DNA of 64,000 bases. It comes from an uncultured Gammaproteobacteria bacterium. GTDB taxonomy: Bacteria > Pseudomonadota > Gammaproteobacteria > SZUA-152. Both the position numbers and the translations under genes were made by a program. Location of the stretch: assembly GCA_913009875.1 (NCBI GenBank), contig CAJVYS010000002.1, forward strand, positions 2,073 through 66,072. Reading direction: 5' to 3'. The notes beneath the pieces were generated by a model, which was given only the letters and a program-made list of their open reading frames with translations, did not search any database and was not told where the DNA came from. The stretch's first letter is position 1. Every line of letters starts with the position of its first letter. Below, in pieces: positions 37,230-46,721 of this stretch.

Positions 37230-37693
37230 AGCTCGGAGCTTGCCTTATCCCGCAGGTTTTGGATCATGCGCTTAAGCTGTTCTTGTTCGTCCATTGCATC
37301 AATGCCCTGGGCTTCAAGGGCCATGCTGTGGCGTGTTGATTCCAGCCGTTTCCTGGCGAGGTGTTCAGCGCGCTCGGCGACCAATTCGTCGAGCGGCTTC
37401 CTTGGCACCAACGCATATACCAGACGGCAATCCAGGGCATGGGCCGCTTTTTCGAGGGTGTTTAGCGTAATTGTGCCTTTGGTCTCCGCTTGCTCAATAG
37501 CAACGGCACGCGACTGAACAACCCCCAGCCGTTTTGCCATCTGGGTGGTTGTCATGCCTAAGGCCTCACGGATGGCCTTGATCCATCCGCGTGGCGGACG
37601 TGCAAATAACTCTGCTTTTTTTTCCAATTCAGTCAACCGCTTATCAAGCTGGCGGCGGGCCGTGGCTCGATCTTTCGAGCGCATTATAATCAC
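37211..37693 (-). CDS. HTH (XRE-like) protein, mobile mystery protein A
   Basis: It has a helix-turn-helix (MTTTQMAKRLGVVQSRAVAIEQ) and a characteristic C-terminal coiled region. Its end overlaps the Fic gene. Confidence 0.7.
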   Translation of the reverse strand: MIIMRSKDRATARRQLDKRLTELEKKAELFARPPRGWIKAIREALGMTTTQMAKRLGVVQSRAVAIEQAETKGTITLNTLEKAAHALDCRLVYALVPRKPLDELVAERAEHLARKRLESTRHSMALEAQGIDAMDEQEQLKRMIQNLRDKASSELWKEDG

Positions 37694-37872
37694 CTTTATA
37701 TGATAAATAATTTCTGTTAATATTGCATATATATAATAGCTTGACAGAAAATAATTACAAATTTGTGATAATTTAGGAATTAATCAAGCATAAATATGTG
37801 ATCGCTTAGTTCTGGTTTTCTAAGGGGGGGCACCCTGTTGATGTGGTCTGGTAGGAAGGATTGCTCTACCCT

Positions 37873-39327
37873 TCAAATATCCCACTCATGCACCGGCGCG
37901 CCGTTATGTTGGCGTTCGAGATAGGCGGCCAGCAGGGCCGGCATATCCGGGCCGTGGCGGGCGACGTAGGCGCGCTGCCACGCGGCGCCGTTGCAGGCGT
38001 TTTTCACCCGCGATTCGATGATGCCCAGGTAGTGCGCGGCTTCATCATGATCGATGCCCAAGGCCTCCAGCCCCTGCGTGGCCAATGGCAACAGGGTCTT
38101 CAACAGTAGTGAGTGGGCCGGTTGTTTGTTGCCATCCAGCCAGATGAGCTGGGTGTCGAGGCCGTGGCGGGCGGCGGCATAAAAATTGTCGCGCGCGGTG
38201 GCGAAAGGGAGCCGGGTTTCGGCGGCCTCGCCCTGCCGACACAGAGCCCAGCAGAGGCCGTAGAAAAAGGCGGCGTTGGCAACGCTATCGGCGATGGTAG
38301 GCCCGGCGGGCACCACGCGTTGTTCGATGCGCAGGTGGGGCTTGTTACCTTGTGCACTGCGAATTTTGCTAGGCGTAAAGCCGATCAGCGGCCGGTTCCA
38401 GCGCCACAGGGTGCCGTTGTGCAGGCGCAGGTGGGCGAGGTGTTCGGGGGGGGCGTCGAACAGCACCGGCAGTAGTACCGGGAAGTGTTCGAGGTTTTCC
38501 GTGAACACTTCCTGCAGCGAGGCCCGTGCATAGCCGGAGCCGAAACTGACGCGGCGCATGGGGCCGTGGGCGTCCTCTTCGTAACCACCGACTTCCACCG
38601 ATTGCTCGAACAGGGGGATGCGCGTTTCGGCCCACAGGTCGTGGCCGAACAGGTAGGGCGAATTGGCGCTCACCGCCACCAACGGCGCGGAGGCGATGAT
38701 GCTGGCGTTGTAGGCACGTGCGGCGAGTTCGGGGGCCACTTGCAGGTGTATCTGAAAGGAGGTGGTGGCGGATTCCAGCATCACGTCGCAATGTTCAGCG
38801 CGCAGGATGTCGTGGCCGTGGATGTCGAGGCGCAGCGGGCGGCCGCCGCGTAGGCGCATGATCTCGCTGTTCAGTGCGTGGTAGCGGTTCATGGCGGAGA
38901 GGTTGGCGGGGCTGAGGTCGGCGTCGCGGACGGTGGGCAGGATGCCGATCATGGCCAGTTCCAGTTGCATCTCATGGGCCGTTCGGCGTGCCTGCTGCCA
39001 GGTCTGTTGAAGGCCGTTGGCCATTTGCGAGAGGATGTGGCCGCCGAGTGGCAAGGGTTCGATGTTGAACTCGACGTTGAAGGTGGCTAGCTCGGGAAAT
39101 ACCTGTGGGCTGCCCAGGCGTTCGATGAAGCGGGCGTTGACGGGGGCGGGGCGCAACTGTGCGTCCACCAGCCAGGCCTCCAGTTCGAAGCCGGCCACGG
39201 GTGGGCCGGGGTCGAAGTGGCCCTGCCGGAACCACTCAGCGAGCAGGGCGGTTTCTTCAGTTAACCGCTGGTGGAAGGTGTCGAAGTCTTGCCGGCAGAA
39301 GCAGGCGTCGTCGATTTCCTGGCCCAT
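37873..39327 (-). CDS. Glutamate-cysteine ligase family 2 (GCS2) carboxylate-amine ligase
   Basis: The length and blocks (EFELEAWLVD ... FNVEFNIEP ... SANSPYLFG) fit the GCS2/YbdK superfamily. A Shine-Dalgarno-like agaggg lies upstream of the ATG at 39327. Confidence 0.55.
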   Translation of the reverse strand: MGQEIDDACFCRQDFDTFHQRLTEETALLAEWFRQGHFDPGPPVAGFELEAWLVDAQLRPAPVNARFIERLGSPQVFPELATFNVEFNIEPLPLGGHILSQMANGLQQTWQQARRTAHEMQLELAMIGILPTVRDADLSPANLSAMNRYHALNSEIMRLRGGRPLRLDIHGHDILRAEHCDVMLESATTSFQIHLQVAPELAARAYNASIIASAPLVAVSANSPYLFGHDLWAETRIPLFEQSVEVGGYEEDAHGPMRRVSFGSGYARASLQEVFTENLEHFPVLLPVLFDAPPEHLAHLRLHNGTLWRWNRPLIGFTPSKIRSAQGNKPHLRIEQRVVPAGPTIADSVANAAFFYGLCWALCRQGEAAETRLPFATARDNFYAAARHGLDTQLIWLDGNKQPAHSLLLKTLLPLATQGLEALGIDHDEAAHYLGIIESRVKNACNGAAWQRAYVARHGPDMPALLAAYLERQHNGAPVHEWDI

Positions 39328-39500
39328 GTGCCCTCTGGATTTCCCGAAATTAGTAAAGTTATGCGTCAAAAAGCCCCGACCGTCTACCCCCTATTCTCGT
39401 CCGGCGGCTGGCGAAGCGCAGGGCGGGGCCGTTTTCGCCGCTCCCGCGCAACGGGTATACTGTGCGCCCTTTATTCTCCACACCACTCAAGTACCGACTT

Positions 39501-40412
39501 ATGTCAGCGAAACCGGATGTATCGACCTTTCAGGGGATGATTTTCGCCCTGCAACAATACTGGGCGGAACAGGGCTGCGTGATTTTGCAGCCGCTGGACA
39601 TGGAGGTGGGTGCGGGCACCTTTCATCCCGCCACCTTCCTGCGCGCCATCGGCCCCGAGCCGTGGAGCGCCGCCTATGTGCAGCCCTCGCGCCGTCCCAC
39701 CGACGGTCGCTACGGCGAGAATCCCAACCGTCTGCAGCATTACTACCAGTTCCAGGTGGTCATCAAGCCCTCGCCGCTGGAAATCCAGGAGTTGTATCTC
39801 GGTTCGCTGAAGATGCTGGGGCTAGACCCGCTGGAGCATGATATCCGCTTCGTCGAGGATAACTGGGAATCCCCCACCCTGGGTGCCTGGGGCCTGGGCT
39901 GGGAGGTATGGCTGAACGGCATGGAGGTGACCCAGTTCACCTATTTCCAGCAGGTGGGCGGGCTGGAGTGCAAGCCCGTCACCGGCGAGATCACCTATGG
40001 CCTGGAGCGCATCGCCATGTATCTGCAGGGGGTGGAGAGCGTCTATGACCTGGTGTGGGCGAAGGGCCCGCTGGGCACCACCACCTATGGCGACGTGTTC
40101 CACCAGAACGAGGTGGAACAGTCGGCCTACAACTTCGAGCACGCCGATACCGAGGCCCTGTTCAAGGCCTTCGATACCTGCGAGCGTGAATCGCAGCGCC
40201 TCATCGAGGCTGGCCTGCCACTGCCGGCCTACGAGCAGGTGCTCAAGGCCTCACACAATTTCAACCTGCTCGACGCACGCCACGCCATCTCTGTCACCGA
40301 ACGCCAGCGCTATATTTTGCGTGTGCGCACCCTGTCGCGCGCCGTGGCCCAGGCCTATTACGATGCGCGCGAAAAACTGGGCTTTCCCATGTTGTCTGAA
40401 TCCGGGACGTAA
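39501..40412 (+). CDS. glyQ: Glycine--tRNA ligase alpha subunit
   Basis: The N-terminus [26 protein letters not shown] is highly conserved in GlyQ, and the protein is 303 aa long. Confidence 0.9.
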   Translation: MSAKPDVSTFQGMIFALQQYWAEQGCVILQPLDMEVGAGTFHPATFLRAIGPEPWSAAYVQPSRRPTDGRYGENPNRLQHYYQFQVVIKPSPLEIQELYLGSLKMLGLDPLEHDIRFVEDNWESPTLGAWGLGWEVWLNGMEVTQFTYFQQVGGLECKPVTGEITYGLERIAMYLQGVESVYDLVWAKGPLGTTTYGDVFHQNEVEQSAYNFEHADTEALFKAFDTCERESQRLIEAGLPLPAYEQVLKASHNFNLLDARHAISVTERQRYILRVRTLSRAVAQAYYDAREKLGFPMLSESGT

Positions 40413-40423
40413 CCATGTCCGGC

Positions 40424-40538
40424 ATTGAAACGCAGAGGACGCAAAGGCGCAGAGAACGCAAAGATTCAATAATGATTTCAAAGGTTTTCTCTGCGTCCTT
40501 TGCGTCTTTGCGTCCTTTGCGTTAAATCGCCGAAACCG
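40424..40538. repeat. Palindromic element built from ACGCAAAGG / ACGCAGAGG 9-mers
   Basis: acgcagaggacgcaaaggcgcagagaacgcaaag ... ctctgcgtcctttgcgtctttgcgtcctttgcgt. Confidence 0.5.
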
Positions 40539-40558
40539 AAACAACCGTGAGACTCAAT

Positions 40559-42646
40559 ATGACGAACAGCCGCGACCTGCTGATCGAAATCGGCACCGAA
40601 GAACTGCCACCCAAGGCCCTCAAGCGCCTCTCCGAGGCCTTCGGCGCCGGCATCAAGGACGGCCTGAAGGGCGCTGATCTGATCCATGGTGAACTGAGCC
40701 TGTACGCCAGCCCGCGCCGTCTGGCGGTGTTGGTGAAGGATCTGGTCGAGGCCCAGGCCGACAAGACCATCGAACGCCGCGGCCCGGCGCTGATCGCCGC
40801 CTTTGGTGAAGATGGTTGCCCCACCAAGGCCGCCGAGGGTTTTGCCCGCTCCTGCGGTCTGAGTTCGGTGGACGACCTCGACCGCATTGAGACCGACAAA
40901 GGTGCCTGGCTGATGTACCGCGCCGAGCAGCCCGGCCGGCCCACCGCCGAGCTGATTCCGGACATCGTGCGTACGGCGCTGGACAAGTTGCCGATCCCCA
41001 AGCGCATGCGCTGGGGTGCGCTGGAGGCAGAGTTTGTGCGTCCGGTGCACTGGGTGGTGCTGCTGTTTGGCGACGAGGTGATCGAGGCGGAAATCCTCGC
41101 CGTGACCAGCGGACGCGAGACCCGTGGCCATCGTTTCCATCATCCGGACACGCTCTACATCGCCGAGCCGGAGGGCTATGCCCCGCTACTGGAGACCGAG
41201 GGCTTTGTGGTGGCCGACTTCGCCGTGCGTCGCGAGGCGGTGCGCGCACAGGTGCTGGAGGCGGCAGAGGCGCTCGGCGGCAATGCAGTGATCGACGAGA
41301 GCCTGCTCGACGAAGTGACCGCAATGGTGGAATGGCCGACGGCCATTGCCGGGGATTTTGAGGCGCGTTTCCTCGACGTGCCGGCCGAGGCCCTGATCTC
41401 CACCATGAAGACTAACCAGAAGTATTTCCATATCATCGATGCTAACGGCAAGTTGATGCCCCACTTTATCACCGTGGCCAACATCAATAGCCGCAATCCC
41501 GAGCTGGTGCGCGAGGGCAACGAGCGCGTGATCCGTCCGCGCCTGTCCGATGCCGAATTCTTCTGGACCCAAGACCGCAAGCACCGCCTCGACAGCCACA
41601 TCGAACGTCTGAAGACCATCCTGTTCCAGAAGCAGCTCGGCACCCTGTACGACAAGGTCGAGCGCGTGGCCGGGCTGGCCGGTGATATCGCCGATAGCCT
41701 GGATGCCAGCCGCGTGTGGGCCGAGCGCGCCGCCTGGCTGGCCAAGTGTGACCTGATGACCGAGATGGTCTACGAGTTCCCCGAGCTGCAGGGCATCATG
41801 GGTCGCTATTACGCGTTGCATGACGGCGAACCCGAAGAGGTCGCGCTGGCCCAGGACGAACAATACCTGCCGCGCTTCGCCGGCGACGAACTGCCCGCCA
41901 CGCCCACCGGCCAGACGCTGGCCATCGCCGATAAGCTGGACACCATCGTCGGCATGTTTGGCATTGGCCAGCCGCCCACCGGCAGCAAGGATCCCTTCGC
42001 CCTGCGCCGTGCCGCGCTGGGCCTGCTGCGTATCATCATCGAGCGCCAGCTGCCGCTGGATCTGCCGGCGCTGATCGGGCGGGCGGTCGAGGGCCTTGGC
42101 GAGCGGCTTACGGCCAAAGACGTCGCCCCTCAGGTATTCGACTTCATGATGGATCGCCTGCGCGCCTATTATCATGACATCGGCGTGAGCGCGGACGTGT
42201 TCGACGCCGTGCATGCCCAGCGGCCCACCCAGCCCTACGACTTCGACCGCCGGGTGCGGGCCGTCAACCACTTCCGCAGCCTGGCCGAGGCCGACAGCCT
42301 GGCCGCCGCCAACAAGCGCATATCCAACATCCTGCGGCAGGCGGATGAAAAAGGCATCGACGTACCGTCTGAAGTGGATGCCACAAGGCTGACCGAGGCG
42401 GCGGAAAAGACCCTCGCCGAACGCCTCGCTGAGCTGGAGCAGGAAGTCTCCCCCCTATTCGATGCCCGCGACTACGAACCGGCCCTGGCCCGGCTCGCCG
42501 ACCTGCGCGAGGCCGTGGACCGCTTCTTCGATGACGTGATGGTGATGGTCGACGACGAGGCCCTGCGGGACAATCGCCTGGCCCTGCTGGCACGGTTGCG
42601 GAATCTGTTCCTGCGGGTGGCGGATCTTTCGCGTTTGCAGGGGTGA
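40559..42646 (+). CDS. glyS: Glycine--tRNA ligase beta subunit
   Basis: The N-terminus MTNSRDLLIEIGTEELPPKAL is the GlyS signature, and the protein is 695 aa long. Confidence 0.9.
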   Translation: MTNSRDLLIEIGTEELPPKALKRLSEAFGAGIKDGLKGADLIHGELSLYASPRRLAVLVKDLVEAQADKTIERRGPALIAAFGEDGCPTKAAEGFARSCGLSSVDDLDRIETDKGAWLMYRAEQPGRPTAELIPDIVRTALDKLPIPKRMRWGALEAEFVRPVHWVVLLFGDEVIEAEILAVTSGRETRGHRFHHPDTLYIAEPEGYAPLLETEGFVVADFAVRREAVRAQVLEAAEALGGNAVIDESLLDEVTAMVEWPTAIAGDFEARFLDVPAEALISTMKTNQKYFHIIDANGKLMPHFITVANINSRNPELVREGNERVIRPRLSDAEFFWTQDRKHRLDSHIERLKTILFQKQLGTLYDKVERVAGLAGDIADSLDASRVWAERAAWLAKCDLMTEMVYEFPELQGIMGRYYALHDGEPEEVALAQDEQYLPRFAGDELPATPTGQTLAIADKLDTIVGMFGIGQPPTGSKDPFALRRAALGLLRIIIERQLPLDLPALIGRAVEGLGERLTAKDVAPQVFDFMMDRLRAYYHDIGVSADVFDAVHAQRPTQPYDFDRRVRAVNHFRSLAEADSLAAANKRISNILRQADEKGIDVPSEVDATRLTEAAEKTLAERLAELEQEVSPLFDARDYEPALARLADLREAVDRFFDDVMVMVDDEALRDNRLALLARLRNLFLRVADLSRLQG

Positions 42647-42662
42647 TTTGCCGGGGCTTTCT

Positions 42663-42687
42663 CGTTACACCGCTCTGCGGTGTAACG
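42663..42687. repeat. Perfect palindrome cgttacaccgctctgcggtgtaacg
   Basis: Second copy of the element at 35397. Confidence 0.55.
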
Positions 42688-42720
42688 TAATGAGGGTGGG
42701 GAATCTGCCTTGGCTGAGGT

Positions 42721-42776
42721 GGCGCCGAGCGCCACAGGATGTGTGACACCGCGGAGCGGTGTCACAAGCAAGCCCC
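42721..42776. repeat. 50-bp double-palindrome element: ggcgccgagcgcc followed by tgtgacaccgcggagcggtgtcaca
   Basis: A near-identical copy lies at 59927-59975. Confidence 0.55.
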
Positions 42777-42807
42777 TGAGCCGTCCCACCAACCAGCGGA
42801 GACAAAC

Positions 42808-43140
42808 ATGGAACACAGCGATTCCTACCAAGCCATGCTCGACGTCGTGCAGGCCTTCCACGACAAGCACGATTTCAAAAACAAGGGGGGCGAGGAGATG
42901 CTCTACCGCATCGCCCTGATGACGGAAGAGCTGGGTGAGATGGCCGAGGTGGTGACCAAAGGAAAATCGAAAGAGCAGTTGGCCGAAGAAACCGCCGATC
43001 TGTTCATTCTCCTCATTGGCACCGCCATTTCCGCCGACTTCGACCTCAAGCAGGCCTTCTGGAAGAAGATGGATAAGATTATGCAGCGTGAGTCGAAAAT
43101 GGTGAATGGCCGTGTCCGCGTCTCCGAGTTCCGCAAATAA
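42808..43140 (+). CDS. Small MazG-like nucleotide pyrophosphohydrolase
   Basis: It is about 110 aa long, with EEMLYRIALMTEELGEMAEV ... ETADLFILLIG matching the MazG EExxE motifs. Confidence 0.65.
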   Translation: MEHSDSYQAMLDVVQAFHDKHDFKNKGGEEMLYRIALMTEELGEMAEVVTKGKSKEQLAEETADLFILLIGTAISADFDLKQAFWKKMDKIMQRESKMVNGRVRVSEFRK

Positions 43141-43236
43141 CCTGACTGTTTCTGTTGACTATAGGCTGTCATGGACTAGGCTTTGGGATACAGCTAGGGA
43201 GCTGGCTGCTTCGCAAGCCATCTTGGAGGGGATCCA

Positions 43237-43305
43237 ATGGAGTTGACCATCATCATGTTCGTGGGCCTGTTTTTGCTGACGGCCGTCTCGATGTTCTCAT
43301 CGTAG
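43237..43305 (+). CDS. Candidate 22-aa hydrophobic peptide (MELTIIMFVGLFLLTAVSMFSS)
   Basis: A strong Shine-Dalgarno sequence, ggagggg, lies 6 nt upstream, and a rho-independent terminator lies 50 nt downstream. Confidence 0.3.
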   Translation: MELTIIMFVGLFLLTAVSMFSS

Positions 43306-43354
43306 CGATGTCATAAGCCAATAATAAATAACCTTGGTAAGCTCTTGGTCGATA

Positions 43355-43388
43355 AAGCCGGAGGCATATGTCTCCGGCTTTTTTATGT
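43355..43388 (+). terminator. Rho-independent terminator
   Basis: gccggaggcatatgtctccggc followed by ttttttat. Confidence 0.6.
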
Positions 43389-43455
43389 GCGCCGATTATT
43401 GATGGCGCGCTTTTGCTAGAATGCCCGCAACGAACAACCACCCTGCGGGAGCGGC

Positions 43456-43995
43456 ATGCAATTAGTGATTTTGGATCGTGACGGCGTGATCAATGAAGAC
43501 TCCGACAATTACATCAAGTCCGTGGACGAGTTCGTCCCTCTGCCCGGCAGCCTGGCGGCCATTGCGCGCCTCAACCGTGCGGGCTATACGGTGGCCGTGG
43601 CGACCAATCAGTCCGGTGTCGGCCGGGGCCTGTTCGATCTCGCCACGCTGGGGGCCATGCACGAAAAGCTGGCCCGCCTGCTGGCGGCAGAGGGGGGCAG
43701 GGTGGATCGGGTTTTCTACTGCCCGCACAGCCCGGACGACGCCTGCGACTGCCGCAAGCCACTGCCTGGATTGATGCATCAGATCGCCGAACACTACGCC
43801 GTGCCGCTGACGGGCGTGCCGGTGATCGGTGATTCCCTGCGTGACCTCGATGCCGCCCGTACCGTGGGCGCCCGCCCGCTGCTGGTGAAGACCGGCAAGG
43901 GACAGCGAACATTGGCCGCGGGGGAAGGGCTGGACGATGTGCCGGTCTATGCCGACCTGGCCGCCGCGGTGGACGATCTGGTGGCGCCGTCATGA
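43456..43995 (+). CDS. gmhB: D-glycero-beta-D-manno-heptose-1,7-bisphosphate 7-phosphatase
   Basis: It has the HAD motif LILDRDGVIN and CxC ... CDCRKP zinc motifs, and is about 179 aa long. Confidence 0.8.
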   Translation: MQLVILDRDGVINEDSDNYIKSVDEFVPLPGSLAAIARLNRAGYTVAVATNQSGVGRGLFDLATLGAMHEKLARLLAAEGGRVDRVFYCPHSPDDACDCRKPLPGLMHQIAEHYAVPLTGVPVIGDSLRDLDAARTVGARPLLVKTGKGQRTLAAGEGLDDVPVYADLAAAVDDLVAPS

Positions 43996-44741
43996 TGTTG
44001 CTGCGTTCGTCACTGTTCAGTCTGTCGATGATCCTGTCCACCGTCGTCACCGCCCTGGGGCTGATACTCATGGCGCCCCTGCCCTTTGTCTGGCGCTCGC
44101 GTTTTGCGCGGGGCTATGCGGTCTACAATGTGAACATGCTCAAGTGGCTGTGTGGTATTGACTACGAAGTGGAGGGGAGAGAAAACATCCCCGATGGCTC
44201 GGCTATCATTTTTTGCAAACACCAGTCCACCTGGGAAACCTATGCCCTACAGGTTTTGCTCCCCCCGCAGTGCTGGGTACTCAAGCGGGAGCTCATGTGG
44301 GTGCCCTTCTTCGGCTGGGGAATGGCCATGCTGCGGCCCATATCCATTGATCGTTCGTCCGGGCGCAAGGCCGTCAAGCAGATCATCGAGCAGGGCATTC
44401 AACGCCTGAAAGACGGCATCTGGGTGGTGATCTTCCCCGAGGGCACGCGCGTGCCGCCCGGCGTACGCAAGCGCTGGGGCGTGGGCGGCGCGCTGCTGGC
44501 GGCCAAGAGCGGCGCGCCGGTGGTGCCGGTGGCGCACAATGCCGGTGAATTCTGGGGCCGGGGTTCCTTCGTCAAGCGGCCGGGCACCATCCGCGTGGTC
44601 ATCGGCGAGCCGATACAGACCGAGGGCCTCAGCGCCTCGGAGATCAATGAGCGAGGCGAGGCCTGGATGGACGAGACCATGGCGCGCATCAGCTCGGTGC
44701 CGGTGACCGAAGAATATGATCCCGCCAAGCATCGCAAGTGA
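43992..44741 (+). CDS. plsC: 1-acyl-sn-glycerol-3-phosphate acyltransferase
   Basis: The acyltransferase motifs HQSTWE (HxxxxD-like) and FPEGTR are present. The position follows glyQS-gmhB, as in Pseudomonas. Confidence 0.8.
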   Translation: MMLLRSSLFSLSMILSTVVTALGLILMAPLPFVWRSRFARGYAVYNVNMLKWLCGIDYEVEGRENIPDGSAIIFCKHQSTWETYALQVLLPPQCWVLKRELMWVPFFGWGMAMLRPISIDRSSGRKAVKQIIEQGIQRLKDGIWVVIFPEGTRVPPGVRKRWGVGGALLAAKSGAPVVPVAHNAGEFWGRGSFVKRPGTIRVVIGEPIQTEGLSASEINERGEAWMDETMARISSVPVTEEYDPAKHRK

Positions 44742-44816
44742 TTGCAGATAGTCGCGTGGACGTCCCGCCCCATAAGCGATATCCTACGCACCCCGGTCGG
44801 GGATGCTCAACAAAAT

Positions 44817-44893
44817 GCGCCTGTAGCTCAGCTGGATAGAGTACCGCCCTCCGAAGGCGGGGGTCACAGGTTCGACTCCTGTCAGGCGCGCCA
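44817..44893 (+). tRNA. tRNA-Arg (anticodon CCG)
   Basis: It has a cloverleaf fold with acceptor stem gcgcctg/caggcgc, anticodon loop ctCCGaa, T-arm ggttcgact and a CCA end. Confidence 0.85.
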
Positions 44894-44955
44894 TTTCTTA
44901 TTATTAATCAATAAGTTACAGCACTTTCCATTTTCACTTATGGTTTTCTACCTTT

Positions 44956-45150
44956 GGCACAAGCGGGCACAGCCATCGTAACTATTAGCTAACATTCATT
45001 TTTAAAATTGACCGTTAGCCAACATAGTGGATTTTGTGCCCATTTTAGCCTGTGCCCAGATTGTGCCCACCCTGTGCCATGTTTGAAATTTCGGGTTTAA
45101 ATATTAGACGGTATGAGCTCAATTTTGATTGTTAGCTTCCGTGGGCACAG
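44956..45150. promoter_or_regulatory. Iteron-like array of TGTGCCCA-type repeats immediately downstream of tRNA-Arg
   Basis: tgtgcccat, tgtgcccag, tgtgcccac and tgtgccatg occur at a period of about 11 bp. There are also gggcacag copies and an inverted gtgggcacag. Confidence 0.35.
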
Positions 45151-45396
45151 AAACCATGAAGTAGTCCGGAATCGAGTTAGGTCCGAAGGAAATTTAAACG
45201 AAGGAATTCTAGTTGGCCGATACTTGGAGTTTTGCCAATAACCATACGTTCTTACTAATGCCCCATAATTGTTGTTTGTCAGTGTATTTGATTTCAAATG
45301 CCCATCACGCAATGTCAATGGAAGCATCAATAGCTTGCGCAATCAAAACATCAATGCTAGAATCAATTTAAGCCAGTAGAAGGAGCCTACAATTCA

Positions 45397-46677
45397 ATGA
45401 ACAAAGTTACCCAATTCCCACGGGCGGTACGCTCGACACCTGATCCACTTGGCTTGTACCTTCGCCCAAACCATAATGATCACAAGGTTTTATCTGAGCT
45501 GATCACTGCTGGGGATACGGCTTTTTGTGGCGCTGTCTTAGATCCCTCCCATCTCAAACGCCAAAGCGAACTACGTGACCAAATTTTAGATAGGCGGATT
45601 GATTTAATCTTGGATCCAAAAACTCAAGAGGCTGCAGCTCCTGGCAGATTTTCGGAAAACCTAGGAAAACTTCCTTGGGTCGGAGGTCGTTGCAACACAT
45701 TTCATGATTTCTCTGGTACACAGGGAAGGCGGCGCGTAACTGAGCTAGCGAAATTCGCGATTGATGAGGGGTTTACTCAAGTAATGGCCCCAACACATTA
45801 TTTACAATCAGCTGATGATCCGTGGCTTGAGCTAGATATTGATAATGCTATCAAATTAAGAAATCTCTTAGACAGGCACTCGCAGCAACGTATCCCGATT
45901 ATTTACTCGTTAGCTATTCCGTATAAAGTTTTTCGTAACTCTGAGCAGCGAAATATATTGATCAATGAGCTTCAGCGGGCACCAATCGATTCTCTATGGT
46001 TAAAAATCGGTAGTATGGGATCGCATGCCACTTCTACAGGAATTATTAATTACATCAAGGCTTCAGAGGAATTTCATACCCTAGGTGTTCCAATTGTTGG
46101 CGACTATATCGGCGGAATGGCTGGGCTATCATTGCTTTCATTTGGCGCAGCGGGTGGAATAGCTCATGGTATAACCTTTGGTGAAAGGTTTGACCCAAGC
46201 AGTTGGGCCAAGCAGCCAAAGAAGGGAAGCTTTGGCCAAGAACGTCGTGTTTATGTTGCAGCAATCGACATGATGCTTAAACCTAAGCAAGCTGAAATGC
46301 TATTTGAAGCATCAGTCAGGGCAAAATCATTATTTGGGTGCAGAGATAAACACTGTTGCCCAAGAGGCATTCAAGACATGGTCGGTAATCCTGCAAGACA
46401 TTTTATGGTGCAACGATTAAAACATGTTTCTGAATTATCACAGATCCCTGAACAGCTTAGACCTCAGCGCTTTCTGGAAAGACATCTTCGACCGGCAACA
46501 GACTTGGCTGTATCCGCAGAACGTATAGATTGGAAAGATGATGAAATGATGCGAAAGACTCAAAAAAATAGAGCGCGATTAGATAATCTTCGGGTTGCGC
46601 TAGGCAACCAAGCAGTGAAAAAACCGCCAAGCTCTTTCTCTCAGCACCCTAAAACTAGAGTGAGCAGGGAATCCTGA
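45397..46677 (+). CDS. Hypothetical protein, 426 aa, low GC (about 45%); the island cargo gene
   Basis: It is a long ORF with a Shine-Dalgarno sequence (aaggag) upstream. No family was recognised by eye. Confidence 0.5.
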   Translation: MNKVTQFPRAVRSTPDPLGLYLRPNHNDHKVLSELITAGDTAFCGAVLDPSHLKRQSELRDQILDRRIDLILDPKTQEAAAPGRFSENLGKLPWVGGRCNTFHDFSGTQGRRRVTELAKFAIDEGFTQVMAPTHYLQSADDPWLELDIDNAIKLRNLLDRHSQQRIPIIYSLAIPYKVFRNSEQRNILINELQRAPIDSLWLKIGSMGSHATSTGIINYIKASEEFHTLGVPIVGDYIGGMAGLSLLSFGAAGGIAHGITFGERFDPSSWAKQPKKGSFGQERRVYVAAIDMMLKPKQAEMLFEASVRAKSLFGCRDKHCCPRGIQDMVGNPARHFMVQRLKHVSELSQIPEQLRPQRFLERHLRPATDLAVSAERIDWKDDEMMRKTQKNRARLDNLRVALGNQAVKKPPSSFSQHPKTRVSRES

Positions 46678-46721
46678 TGTTTTCAATAAACTATGTTTTA
46701 ACAAACAAGTACACGTAATCT

